Source of the DNA: a virus
Taxonomy: Duplodnaviria > Caudoviricetes
IMG/VR virus record: IMGVR_UViG_3300014059_000011
Span: 3,004-67,003 of that record
Length of the DNA stretch: 64,000 nucleotides
Reading direction: 5' to 3' (one strand)
Shown here: positions 35,900-46,750 of the stretch, piece by piece
How the letters are laid out: each line of letters opens with the position of its first letter
How positions within the stretch are numbered: position 1 is the first letter of the stretch
The notes under the pieces: generated by a model
What the model saw: the letters and a program-made list of their open reading frames with translations, nothing else
Told to the model about the DNA's origin: nothing
Database searches by the model: none
Made by a program: the position numbers and the translations under genes

Positions 35900-38800
35900 T
35901 AACTCACCCTTCTTAGCGTCAAGGTCTGTGACAATCCACCATCATACGAAATGCTAGTTGACATCACCCAATAATCCAGATTGACAATACCCAACTGGTC
36001 AAGACCTGTTATTGTTATTCTATCGCCACATTCGATATGAGGCACACCTAGAACGGTCAACTCAAGCACAGGAACCGGGTCCTGATAATGCTCTAGCAAC
36101 CAATCCGCAATGTTCTGAGCGTAATCCTTTGTCTGGATGAACTTATTTGTGATCGTAAGCTCCTTGAAGCCAAACCTCTTTGCAAGATCACTTAGTGATG
36201 CTGAAGCGGATTCCACCTGATCCCCGCTTGTCTTCTCAACAAGGGGAATACCAGAAACAGCAAAGTAATAGTTCAAATCTGTGATTGGATCGACTCCCTC
36301 AAGAATTACCAGACCGTTGATGTAATTGTTCTTTGTTGCCGATACAACAATTTTGGCACCAAATTCATCATGCGTAAAGATGTCAATTTCTGCACGATCC
36401 TCAAAGTCGGCGGCAGTAAGCAACGGATGCTTGACTCCAATGGCAGGATATGCTTGGAACTTGATATCGTAAACTCTTACCTCACGAACAAGACCAACAG
36501 TGCCAGGAACTGTAACATCATCAATGTAATGCTTATCACCCTTTACAACGTCAGAGTAACTTGATCCTGAGTCACCGAAAAGAACACGCACGGCACCGAA
36601 CTTTGCATTTGCTGGCGCAGTAGCTGTCACTGTTCTTTCTGACCATGACGATGTGCTATTATTTGCGCCAGTGCCTGTGTCGTGACTGATGTAATCTCCG
36701 TTACGATTAAACCACACAAGACGTGCTTTCACTTTAGCAACTCTTGTCTCTGCTCTTGTCCAGACTGAAGCTGTGTATGAAGTTCCTGCTCTAACATTGA
36801 ACCCCTTTCTTCCTCTTGGTGATGATGGACCGAATTCCTCAATACCTTCTTCACCGGTTGCACCCATATCAGCCCCGTCAATCTGAGAGATGACCTTAAG
36901 AGAATGTGTTCCGCTTCTGAATTGTGTTGTTGATCTGCGGACACGGCAATTGGCAGCAGAATAATCCGTTGAGGCTTCCCAATCGATATCTGTTTCGTCA
37001 AAATTCCATTCAACATCTCCGTTGTGAATCGCAGGCGCTGTATCGAACAGGCCACGCTCAACATTCAAAAACTTGTTTCCAGTTATTCCATCGTAGCTCA
37101 TGATTTCATCATCGATCTTGAAATAACCCTTCTTCTTCCAAATGGGATTCTTTGTTGAATTAACCTTTACCTGTATGTCATACTTTCCTACCTCATCACG
37201 AAGGCCGGTAATAGCCAGCGACTCATTGTCTTCAGCCCTCCAAATACTTTGCCTGTCAGAGTTGATCGATGTGATTGTGTTAACATCAACCTTGATCTTA
37301 TTGGCCTGAAGTTCAATATTTGTTGAGCCTTCAGAAATGTTTGTGCTGTCTGCAAAGTTATACTGCGAAATAGCAAATTGTGAAATGACAGAGTCACGTA
37401 AGGTATTCTTGTATTCGTAATGGAAATAGTCATCCTTATCAAAGAAGAACACACCAAGGTCAGCAGTTGACCACTCAAGCATCATATCTAGAACTGTCTG
37501 CTCAATTCCATACAAGAATGGGAACTGATAAATCTCATCAAGGAATGCAGAAACATAGTGCTGCTGCACCTGAGCGTTTGTCAAAGCCTTGTTGTAGATT
37601 GATACATACTGTAGGTATCCGTTGAATACGTTTGCTGTTGTTCCATTCTCGAAGAAGTAGCCTACCCTTACAGCCCCGGCGTTTGTTGTGCATGTTGTGC
37701 GTGGAGATGTTGTCTGCGTTGTCAGAATGCCATTTACCCAAAGATTGATAATGCTGTTCGCCCCATCAAACGAAGCCACAACATGATATGTCTCACCCAG
37801 CGTGATTGCTGCACTTTCAGCATATGTCCATCCGTCGGCGGTTGTACAACCAGCACTAATCTTGCCGCTGCTGGCAACCAATAGACCATAGTTGATGTTG
37901 GCAAAGTCATTTGTAGCTGTCTTCACAACAATAGTGTCAAAAAGTGCAGGGAGAGATTCAACTTGAACCATGCATTCAATTGTCCACTCAGATGATAGAT
38001 CAAAGTGAGCTTCATCAGCAAGCTTCAGACCAGAATCAGCAACGGTTCCGTCAAAGTATGTTGACAGCTTTGTTGGCTGTCCAACAAGCAAGCTGTCATA
38101 TCCGGGTCTAACACCAGCACCATAAATTGTGATGTCATGATCATGAACAGATGTTCTTTCACCATAAACATCAGGGAAATAATGTGTGTCAAAACTGTCA
38201 GAAGCATCGGGTTCCAGAGTTTCACTTAGTTCACCAGTTGAGTCATACGAATCACCTAGATCCCAAGTGACAAGAGGAATATGTGAAGAAACCAAGTTTT
38301 GGTATCTGTCATAATAAATCACCTTTCGATTTGGAACTCCCGTCTTCTTTGCTAGTGTCGAGATAGCCTTACCAGCAGACATATCCCTAAAGAATACACC
38401 CTTCTCTTCGTTTGTCTCTTCAAATCTCTTTGAGAAGTCACGACACTGAGCAGTTGCGACCATATCACCACTTGATAGAGTCCAGGCGTCAGTATAGAAT
38501 GTTCCCTGTGCGAGAACATCGGCAGCACCAGTCCATGAGAATGATACTGTGAACTTTACATCTGGAACAATATAGCCAGCATACTCCCCCGCACCAACAG
38601 GATTGTATTTTCCTGTTGTGTTATCAAGTGCGATGTCACAACTGTTTGATGTGTTATGACCAACAGGAAGAGTGTCTTCATAATTCTCTCTTGTAAAAGT
38701 AGGACTTACTGAAATTACATCAGCACTAACGTCAACTGAATAGATGGGGTCAATCTCATGGACCCTCGCATAGTCGTTGGGGTTCCATGTTGAATTGACA

Positions 38801-40029
38801 ACAATTTGAAGCCCCGTGATGTCAAGCAGAGTTCCTTCATATGTTTGAAACGAAGAGTTGTATGGCATTGTGAAAGTGTCGATGTATGTCTTGACACCAT
38901 CAGTGTCAAAATAGTATAACTCATATTCCTTGATGCGTCCCTTTGTATATGAGGTGTACACACAAATATCGTTGCACTTTCTCTCATCAAACCTTACCGT
39001 AACAGATTCAGGATCAGCGAAAATTCCGCTTCCGTCACTTACAGAACGGCTTCGCCATCCAACCTCCGTTTTCGCATGATCAATATCAAGCGAAATAGCG
39101 TATGTGTTTCCATTTGCTACCAGCGGCTCGTTTATGTCTGAAGTCATTGAAACTTCTCCAACAGGCAGTGTTTCTTCATGGATACCGTTGATTGCCTGAA
39201 GTGGTGAAAAGAACTCGCTGTATTTGTCGGTTGCTGTAGCAGTGGCGTTGCGGTATAGCGAAGAAATTTCTTCTGGTGTCAGTGCCTGATCCAGAATGAA
39301 AAACTCATCTGTCTTTCCGGTTATCCCATTAGCAATAATTCCATTGTAGCTTGTAGCATTCACTGTTCCAGTAATCGGTTCACTATCAACCAGCACGCCA
39401 TTCATATAAAGATAGATCGTATCAGTATCGATTACACCGACAAAGAAGTACCAAGTATTCAGTGACAGATTAGCAGACTGAACGCTGAAAAGAGATGAAC
39501 CATTGCTGACAAAAAACCGTAGAGCAGATACTCCACCTCCCGCAACTTCACTAAATGCGTACTCAACGTTTGGCGCTGTGAACGATGCTGTCTCGTCCAG
39601 CTTGCCGATAAGACCTGCACCAGTCAATGTGTGAGCAGAAAGATTAAACCAACCTCCAAAGGTCTTTTTGTTGTTAGCTACGTTAAGCGCTGCTGCATGA
39701 TCAAACCTATATCCATTTCCGATTGCCCAACTGTAGCAACCATCATCACCATACCCAATTGGACCTGTCGAAGCAGAAACCGTAACAGGAGATGGTGGGC
39801 TAGCGTCGAAATTGTTTCCAGAATGATCACGTAGCAAATCAATGTCATCAAACTTGTATTGAAGTATTGGATTCTTTCTCTCGACAGCGCTATCCCACCC
39901 CTCGGAATCAGAGAATGCGTTGAGGTTATATGTGTACTTGGAGTCAGCAAAAACAGCAGTGACCTGTGTTGTCACTTCCTGTGATGAACTATTGATTGCC
40001 CCAAGAAGCTCTAATGAAATATCTTGCAT
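35899..40029 (-). CDS. Large minor tail/baseplate hub protein with LamG and CBM-like inserts
   Basis: Follows the distal-tail-like gene; two LamG-like segments (WYFFVGV...LYMNG; YHVVAS...LWVNG). Confidence 0.85.
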   Translation of the reverse strand: MQDISLELLGAINSSSQEVTTQVTAVFADSKYTYNLNAFSDSEGWDSAVERKNPILQYKFDDIDLLRDHSGNNFDASPPSPVTVSASTGPIGYGDDGCYSWAIGNGYRFDHAAALNVANNKKTFGGWFNLSAHTLTGAGLIGKLDETASFTAPNVEYAFSEVAGGGVSALRFFVSNGSSLFSVQSANLSLNTWYFFVGVIDTDTIYLYMNGVLVDSEPITGTVNATSYNGIIANGITGKTDEFFILDQALTPEEISSLYRNATATATDKYSEFFSPLQAINGIHEETLPVGEVSMTSDINEPLVANGNTYAISLDIDHAKTEVGWRSRSVSDGSGIFADPESVTVRFDERKCNDICVYTSYTKGRIKEYELYYFDTDGVKTYIDTFTMPYNSSFQTYEGTLLDITGLQIVVNSTWNPNDYARVHEIDPIYSVDVSADVISVSPTFTRENYEDTLPVGHNTSNSCDIALDNTTGKYNPVGAGEYAGYIVPDVKFTVSFSWTGAADVLAQGTFYTDAWTLSSGDMVATAQCRDFSKRFEETNEEKGVFFRDMSAGKAISTLAKKTGVPNRKVIYYDRYQNLVSSHIPLVTWDLGDSYDSTGELSETLEPDASDSFDTHYFPDVYGERTSVHDHDITIYGAGVRPGYDSLLVGQPTKLSTYFDGTVADSGLKLADEAHFDLSSEWTIECMVQVESLPALFDTIVVKTATNDFANINYGLLVASSGKISAGCTTADGWTYAESAAITLGETYHVVASFDGANSIINLWVNGILTTQTTSPRTTCTTNAGAVRVGYFFENGTTANVFNGYLQYVSIYNKALTNAQVQQHYVSAFLDEIYQFPFLYGIEQTVLDMMLEWSTADLGVFFFDKDDYFHYEYKNTLRDSVISQFAISQYNFADSTNISEGSTNIELQANKIKVDVNTITSINSDRQSIWRAEDNESLAITGLRDEVGKYDIQVKVNSTKNPIWKKKGYFKIDDEIMSYDGITGNKFLNVERGLFDTAPAIHNGDVEWNFDETDIDWEASTDYSAANCRVRRSTTQFRSGTHSLKVISQIDGADMGATGEEGIEEFGPSSPRGRKGFNVRAGTSYTASVWTRAETRVAKVKARLVWFNRNGDYISHDTGTGANNSTSSWSERTVTATAPANAKFGAVRVLFGDSGSSYSDVVKGDKHYIDDVTVPGTVGLVREVRVYDIKFQAYPAIGVKHPLLTAADFEDRAEIDIFTHDEFGAKIVVSATKNNYINGLVILEGVDPITDLNYYFAVSGIPLVEKTSGDQVESASASLSDLAKRFGFKELTITNKFIQTKDYAQNIADWLLEHYQDPVPVLELTVLGVPHIECGDRITITGLDQLGIVNLDYWVMSTSISYDGGLSQTLTLRRVS

Positions 40030-40421
40030 TATTGTTCCTCAAGAGTAATGGATACATTCCAGAAGAAATCTTGTGTTCTTCTCAGCACAAGCTCTTCTGA
40101 ATAGGAAATTACAAATGCAGTAATTGTTTCAGATGAGCCAGATTGGTGTCTAAACACAACCGTATGAGTGTCACCCTCCTGTGAGGCATTAGTGAATAGC
40201 CAATCTCTTCCTACGTTTCCATCAATAGTATAATCATCAGAACCGGGCAACATCTCCCACGACACATTGTACACTCTTGCAACCTTTTTAATGTACTTCT
40301 TTCTTGTTCCATTTGCAAGCTCAACAATAACAGAGCGCTCGTCACGCTCAGCGGTTATACCTTTACGCCCCTGATCTGTTATGTTAACACCGTCAATAGA
40401 AATTCCGGCTTGAAATTCCAT
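40029..40421 (-). CDS. Minor tail protein (distal-tail-like)
   Basis: Directly follows the tape measure; VELANGTRKKY, WNVSITLEEQ. Confidence 0.7.
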   Translation of the reverse strand: MEFQAGISIDGVNITDQGRKGITAERDERSVIVELANGTRKKYIKKVARVYNVSWEMLPGSDDYTIDGNVGRDWLFTNASQEGDTHTVVFRHQSGSSETITAFVISYSEELVLRRTQDFFWNVSITLEEQ

Positions 40422-43400
40422 TATCTTTTACTCACTCTCCTGTTGACACTACCACTCACTCTGTTGTTCTTTGGAACAACCTTAACATCGTACTCTTCCA
40501 TTTTACCAGCAAACCATTCAGAATCACCAAGGAATGTATCTGCATAGATATTGACAGTTGTGCCGCCGCCACCTTCCTGAACTTTCTGAGAAAGCTTAGC
40601 TGGCATAACCATTTCATTCTTATGTAGTAACGCCGGATAGTTGTCAAATGGGACAATTCCGCCCATAGCCATCTTTACAGGCTCGATAAGGCCACCATTG
40701 TGATACCAGTGTCCTGGGTAAGGGCGAGGATCAGTTCTCTGCCAGAACGCCCATGCATTAGATGGATTACCATATTTTCCGCCAATATAGTCCATTCCTC
40801 CACGAACCTGTTCAGGAACACCAGCACTTCCACCACTAGGAAGCAATGGTCCACCGAAATGCAGAGGCATAAATTGGAATAGACCATAAGCACCAGAGCT
40901 AGGGTTTCTAGCAGAAGGGTTCCATCCAGACTCATGAGAAATAAGCTGATCAAGGGCACCCCAATGGTGATCACCAAATCTTCTTGCGAACTCAGTTCTA
41001 ACATATGACTTAATACCATATCCGCCCGGCGTTGATCCACCAAGGATACCGCTAGCTGTTGGCTGTGTAACACCGAATGCACCCATCAAACTTGCAAATC
41101 CGTCTCTAAGACCAACATGAACGTGGTCAAAGTGATCACTCTTGCTGTAGTTTCTAATCGGGTCGCTTCCGTACCACCCCATGTGCTGATAAATCAGCTC
41201 CTGAATTGGAATTGATCCTGATCTACCATGCTGAAGCATGGCGTTGAAGAAGGCACCCATAAGTGGAACAGCACCACTAACGTCTACGGCTCTCTTCAAA
41301 GAGTGAAGCGAGACTCTATCGGTTCCCGCCACATTCCATGAGTGTGTTCCAATACCAGTTGCAGCGTGAAGGCCAGGGAATGTTGCGTTAATCCAATTAG
41401 CAAACTGCTGAATTGGTTCTCCCTCTCCCGACATAAATGTCGGCATAAAGTCACTTAGCTTCTTTCCACCAACAGTTCCTCCGCCCTGGAAAGCCCCGAA
41501 AATCTTTGAAGGGTCGGCGCCACCAATTGACCAACCTGTACTTTTTGTTGGATCATCATAACGTGACTGCATCCACCTATCTGAAATATTCTTAACCCAC
41601 GAAGGGAGAACATAATCCATAATCTTTCCGATGGGTGTTGATGCTGTGTCTCTAGGTGCCTGTGGAGCTTCAATTAGACCACCAGTATGATACTTGTGAG
41701 CGTTGTTAATTGAATTAAGGAATGGAAGACCAACGGCATTTACAGCATCTCTCTGAATCATGTACTCACCAGTCTGAGCAGTGATAGGAATATCAGCAGG
41801 AGGACCAGAGCCTAGAAAACCACCTGTGTGATAATATCTACTAGCTCCAACACCAGTATCAGGAGTTCTCCATCTGACCCATCGTTGCCCGCCACCACCG
41901 CCGCCGCTAGCACCCTGATTACCTACATTTCTACCAATAGGTGCCTCTGACTGACCTTCTGTCAGGGCTGCCTTTGCGTCACCAGAAATGAACGCAGCCA
42001 ACCATGCAGTCGCAGCAGACTTACCAGACCATGCAGCCTGTTGAACAACGTCTTCGTTAGCGTCAGCAATAACCTGACTGAAGAGTCCCATACCTGTAGC
42101 CATCATTCCCGGCCAAACTTCGATACCATAGGCACCAAGAAGACCAGTCATATTGTTCAGCATTGACTGGAATTCAGCAATTGTTCTAGGAGCATACTCA
42201 GTGATTGCATCAAGCTGCTTCTGGAAAGCCTCAAGCATAAGTTGCTGTCTGGCATCCAAAGCATCCTTCTGAATCTGAAGCATTTCTTTCTGATGGTCCC
42301 TCTCCTGCTGAAGAAGTTCTCTCTTCCTCTCAGCATCAAGATTTGCAAGATTCTTCTGAGCTTCCTTCTTGTTCTTGCGTTCCTCAAGGTCCATCATACG
42401 TGCGTCATCAATACGACCTTCGTAAATCGCTAGCGCACGATCACGTAGATAGTTCTGACGCTGCAATGCTCTTTCTTCGATCATTGCCTTGCGGTCTTCA
42501 CGATACTTCTTTGCGGCTAAAGCTCTAGCCTCTCTCTTCTCCAACTCATCAATCGCCTTGATTTGATTATCGAAGACTTCTAGATTAGCCTTGAATCTAT
42601 CTTCCAATGCCTTTGTGGCTTGGTCCTTTAGCTCCTGAATGACAGAATCGAGACGGCTCTTTACGGCGCTAAGCCATCCGCTTAGCCAATCATCTGTTGT
42701 TTCTTCTAGGCTTCCGCTACCGCTTCCACCCTCGTCAAGACCCTCTTCAACGCCCTCAACCAGTCTTTGCCCCCAATATCTACCCATCTCATTAGCTTCA
42801 TCAGCAGCCTCATCTCCACGACCACGGCCACCCGTGAAGAAGTAGCCATTTGCCCACTCTCTAACATTGGCGGCAGCAGCAAACTCATCAAGAGCATCGC
42901 CAGCATCACGAATACCATCAACGACACCCTGGAATGGATTATCGATAAATGGAATAGCATCAAATACACTAGTTAGTGTCTCTACCAAGTTAGCAGCACC
43001 AATAATGATCCACCTGAATGATTGAATTACAAGATCAATGATCCAATCCATAACCCCGGCGATAGGCTCACCAAGCACAGCATAAAGCACCTGACCAAAC
43101 GAACCCATTGCGTCCATGAAGTGTCCAGAGAACAAATCTGTCATGAACTGCATTGATGATCCCATTACGTGACCAATCCACTCAAAGAATGGCTCAATTA
43201 CACCAAGTGCCCAACTGATCGCATCAACGATCTTGGCAATGAAATTCATAATCGCCTTGGCGTATTCTCCAAACTTCTTAGCAAGCTCTCTTCCCTGCTC
43301 CTTCTTGGTACCTTTCAACCCAAGAGCTTCAGAGAATCCTCTTTTGATTGCATCAGCAACTTTTGTCATTGCCTCCTTGAACTTCTCCCAAGACTTCTTA

Positions 43401-46400
43401 AGGGTTTCAAGACCCTTCTGAGCTTCTTTCTTGAATGACCAGAAGTGCTTCTTGATTGCCAAAAATGGCACAGCAAGCGCTGCAACAACTACAGCAATAA
43501 TTGCAATAACAACCAAGATTGTTGTAAGTGAACCGGCAAGCTTTCCAAGTGATCCTGCCAGCCCGGCCGCATTTGCAGCGCCAGCAGCACCATCAGCACC
43601 ACCCTTACCCTTAATCTTGCCCATTAGGCTCTGCATTCTGTCCTTGATCTTAGGGCTTCTCATGTTAGCCAAAAGACCCTCAGTCCATGAAGTAGCAACT
43701 CTTGCACCGATGTTCTGAACAGTTCTCTTTGGATGAAGAAGCCTGTCAAGGTTCTTTCTGATGAATCCACCGGAAGCAGCAAGAGGTGTTGATATTGCAT
43801 TTGGAAGACTAGCCATAAAGGCAACCCAAAATGACTTTCCTGCGTTTCTTCCTGAAGATGCGAATCTGCTTACAAACCTTCTGAGCGCCCCGTCTGCTCT
43901 TGCAGGTGTTTCAATGTCAATAGTTGGGATTGGGGCAGCAGGCATCGGAATTGGACGCATTGCAGACGTAACGCCAGTTGTTCCAAGAGCCGCAAGTGCT
44001 CTCTTAACTTCAGCAGCTTGCCTTCTTGTTAGATTTACATCGTCCTTATGAATTTTGAGAAGCTCCCTAGCTCTCTCAACAGCTTCTGCTGATGCCCAAT
44101 GCCCCCCCATTTGCCACTTGCCAGACTTTGCTCTTCTAAGTGTTGACGCCAGCGCCAACTCTTCTCTTTGAGCATCAAGAGCTTCCTGTGCGGCCTTCTT
44201 TGCAGCCATTGCTGGACCTGTAGCATATGATGGAACAGGCGCACCCATAAGGCGCATCTCATTCATGATACGATCAAACTCGCGGTTGTAATCTGTTGCC
44301 TCATCAATCATCGCTTCCATAGCAGAAGTTGTCAACCCCAACTCTCTACGGATAGCCTGCTGTGCTTCTCCAACCTCTCTAGCAACAGGGGCACCAGTAG
44401 CTGTATCTCTAAAGATTGAGCCAGTTGTTGATCTTGTTGATGGATATGCTTCTGACTCTACAGCCCACGCTGCTCTTCTACGCTCAAGAAGATCGCCAAT
44501 CGCATCCTCCTGCTGGCTCTGAACAGCCAATTCTGCCATTTCATCGTTAATTGCTCTTGACGAGGCAATTGCCGCCTCTCTCATTCTCTCCTGAATAGCT
44601 TCCTGCTCTGCCTTAATTGCAGCAGTATTAGCCATTCTTAGTTCAATTTCTTTCTTCTGATTTTCCTGAAGAGCCTCGTTCATGATTTCTAGCTCAATAG
44701 CGTTCTTCTTGCGCTTTCCACCGATCAAGAATTCAGCATCACCAAGCTGAATAACCTTGCCACGAAGCTTGCCGCTTGCATCCATAAGCCCCTCGGTTGC
44801 ACCAGTCACTTCATATAGGCCAGGAAGAATTTTAGCAAGACCTAGGCCGACTGTGGCAAAAGCCTCACCAACAACAGAGAACACATACACAACAGGACCA
44901 ATAGCAGCACCAACCGTCAGAAGCGCACCAAGCGCAAGCTTGGCAGAGTTAGGAAGTTCATTTAATCTCTTGATAAGCTTATTCAATGATTCAAGAAACT
45001 TAAGAGCAAATGGTGTCAAGAATTCACCAACATCTGTCAAAAGCATGGTGAACTCTGCCTTCAGCTTCTGAAGCTGGAAAGCTGGGCTGTTCTGCATGGC
45101 CTCGACCTGAGCATCTGTCTTTTGCTGAAGTTCCTCAGTACTTGCTGAAGTAGCCTCGATAACTCTGTTATAGTCTGAAGTTTCACTTGTGATACCCTTA
45201 AGAGCAGCCATAACTCTGTCAACCTGGCGCGACGCGAAAATATCACCGATAGCCTGGGCCTGAAATTCTTCATTGAAGTTTGGCAGTGTTGTTCCAATCT
45301 CCTTCAAAAGATCAATGGCGTCCTTGGCGTTACCAGAAGAGTCGAAGGCAGCAATACCCATAGCATCAAGAGCTTCCTTAGCCTTACCTGTCGGGTTGTA
45401 CATTCTCTGAAGCGAGAACTTCAAAGCATGAGCAGCAGAGTTAGCATCAATACCGGCCTCAACCATTGTGGCAAGAGTAGCTGCCAACTGAGCAGCAGAC
45501 ATATTATACTTGTCAGCAGACTGAGCAACGTGAGGCATAGCATCGGCCATATCTGATAGGTTAATAGCAGAAACCTCTTCAGCAGTGTTAAGCTGATTTA
45601 GGAGTTCCTTGGTCTTCTCAAGATTATTGTCACCAAATGTAGCATATACAACTCTGATCCAGTCCGTTGTAGCAGAAAGATCCATACCACCAAGCAAGGC
45701 CCACTGACTTGTAAGCCTTGTCATCTGTTCGTTGTTCTCGTCAAGGTCAAATCCCATAGCAGCCCAATCGCCAGCAACCGCTGTCGTAATAGACTCTACC
45801 TGACCGAACTCTCTAGAGATATCTCTAATAGCAGGAGCATAATCCTTGATTCTCTTAGCACCGTCTTCAAATGCTTCACCAGTTTCATATGTAAGCTTCT
45901 GTAGTCTAGCCTGTTCTTTTGTCAGCTTTGTGAATGAATAGACAGCAAGCGTACCAAAAGCAGCAAGCGGAATAGAAATACCCATCATCATCTGACGACC
46001 AATCCACTGCATCTGCTTTGCGCCACGCTGCATTGTTTGGAACATGCTGTGAAGATCATTCTTCAGAGCAGTTGTCTTTAGTCTCATCCTGTCAAAAACA
46101 CCTAGGCTGGCCTGAAACTTAGATGTTGCTCCTGTCATGCTTGAGCCAAGACGACCCAAAGAAGCACTGGCTACCGTTCCACCACTGGCGATACCGGCAT
46201 AGCCTTGTCTCATTGAAGCATTCAATAGCTTCTGGTTTTGAAAGACTTCTCTTAGAGTCCCGGCTCTTCTAATCTCATATCCATTGACTTTCTCCATGGA
46301 TGAAACAAGTTGAGCACCATTACGATTGATGGCTCTTGTCCACTCAAGAGTAGCGTCCTTATTTTGTCTGGTATATCCCGCCGAATCAGCAAGACCGAAG

Positions 46401-46750
46401 GCCAATGACTTTTCACCGGCTACCCTACGACCAATTGCTGCATTCTCAGCTTCAAGAGTTGCAATACGAGAACGATGCGCCTTGATCGAAGCCTCTGTTG
46501 AAACAGCCTCATTAGCGATGGCGGTATTTAGCGCCGTAACATTCTTTGTTACAGCAGCAGAAGCTACACCAACACCTTCAAGGCTTGCTGTAGCTTCTTT
46601 TGAAATGGTACCAACAGTAGAGAGTGAGGCGACAGTTTTTGCCAGGGCAGCCTGAAGTTCGGCAATAGCCTTAACGGCTGCCTGAACTCCTGGGGCTGAA
46701 CCAGTGACTGTAATTGTTGGATTACTACTGTCTATTGCCATTATCCTCAC
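40421..46750 (-). CDS. Tape measure protein with C-terminal peptidoglycan-hydrolase-like domains
   Basis: 2109 aa, Ala-rich helical; SLHSLKRAVD...DHFDHVH (peptidase-like) and LISHESGWNPSARN...AYGLFQF (transglycosylase-like). Confidence 0.95.
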   Translation of the reverse strand: MRIMAIDSSNPTITVTGSAPGVQAAVKAIAELQAALAKTVASLSTVGTISKEATASLEGVGVASAAVTKNVTALNTAIANEAVSTEASIKAHRSRIATLEAENAAIGRRVAGEKSLAFGLADSAGYTRQNKDATLEWTRAINRNGAQLVSSMEKVNGYEIRRAGTLREVFQNQKLLNASMRQGYAGIASGGTVASASLGRLGSSMTGATSKFQASLGVFDRMRLKTTALKNDLHSMFQTMQRGAKQMQWIGRQMMMGISIPLAAFGTLAVYSFTKLTKEQARLQKLTYETGEAFEDGAKRIKDYAPAIRDISREFGQVESITTAVAGDWAAMGFDLDENNEQMTRLTSQWALLGGMDLSATTDWIRVVYATFGDNNLEKTKELLNQLNTAEEVSAINLSDMADAMPHVAQSADKYNMSAAQLAATLATMVEAGIDANSAAHALKFSLQRMYNPTGKAKEALDAMGIAAFDSSGNAKDAIDLLKEIGTTLPNFNEEFQAQAIGDIFASRQVDRVMAALKGITSETSDYNRVIEATSASTEELQQKTDAQVEAMQNSPAFQLQKLKAEFTMLLTDVGEFLTPFALKFLESLNKLIKRLNELPNSAKLALGALLTVGAAIGPVVYVFSVVGEAFATVGLGLAKILPGLYEVTGATEGLMDASGKLRGKVIQLGDAEFLIGGKRKKNAIELEIMNEALQENQKKEIELRMANTAAIKAEQEAIQERMREAAIASSRAINDEMAELAVQSQQEDAIGDLLERRRAAWAVESEAYPSTRSTTGSIFRDTATGAPVAREVGEAQQAIRRELGLTTSAMEAMIDEATDYNREFDRIMNEMRLMGAPVPSYATGPAMAAKKAAQEALDAQREELALASTLRRAKSGKWQMGGHWASAEAVERARELLKIHKDDVNLTRRQAAEVKRALAALGTTGVTSAMRPIPMPAAPIPTIDIETPARADGALRRFVSRFASSGRNAGKSFWVAFMASLPNAISTPLAASGGFIRKNLDRLLHPKRTVQNIGARVATSWTEGLLANMRSPKIKDRMQSLMGKIKGKGGADGAAGAANAAGLAGSLGKLAGSLTTILVVIAIIAVVVAALAVPFLAIKKHFWSFKKEAQKGLETLKKSWEKFKEAMTKVADAIKRGFSEALGLKGTKKEQGRELAKKFGEYAKAIMNFIAKIVDAISWALGVIEPFFEWIGHVMGSSMQFMTDLFSGHFMDAMGSFGQVLYAVLGEPIAGVMDWIIDLVIQSFRWIIIGAANLVETLTSVFDAIPFIDNPFQGVVDGIRDAGDALDEFAAAANVREWANGYFFTGGRGRGDEAADEANEMGRYWGQRLVEGVEEGLDEGGSGSGSLEETTDDWLSGWLSAVKSRLDSVIQELKDQATKALEDRFKANLEVFDNQIKAIDELEKREARALAAKKYREDRKAMIEERALQRQNYLRDRALAIYEGRIDDARMMDLEERKNKKEAQKNLANLDAERKRELLQQERDHQKEMLQIQKDALDARQQLMLEAFQKQLDAITEYAPRTIAEFQSMLNNMTGLLGAYGIEVWPGMMATGMGLFSQVIADANEDVVQQAAWSGKSAATAWLAAFISGDAKAALTEGQSEAPIGRNVGNQGASGGGGGGQRWVRWRTPDTGVGASRYYHTGGFLGSGPPADIPITAQTGEYMIQRDAVNAVGLPFLNSINNAHKYHTGGLIEAPQAPRDTASTPIGKIMDYVLPSWVKNISDRWMQSRYDDPTKSTGWSIGGADPSKIFGAFQGGGTVGGKKLSDFMPTFMSGEGEPIQQFANWINATFPGLHAATGIGTHSWNVAGTDRVSLHSLKRAVDVSGAVPLMGAFFNAMLQHGRSGSIPIQELIYQHMGWYGSDPIRNYSKSDHFDHVHVGLRDGFASLMGAFGVTQPTASGILGGSTPGGYGIKSYVRTEFARRFGDHHWGALDQLISHESGWNPSARNPSSGAYGLFQFMPLHFGGPLLPSGGSAGVPEQVRGGMDYIGGKYGNPSNAWAFWQRTDPRPYPGHWYHNGGLIEPVKMAMGGIVPFDNYPALLHKNEMVMPAKLSQKVQEGGGGTTVNIYADTFLGDSEWFAGKMEEYDVKVVPKNNRVSGSVNRRVSKR

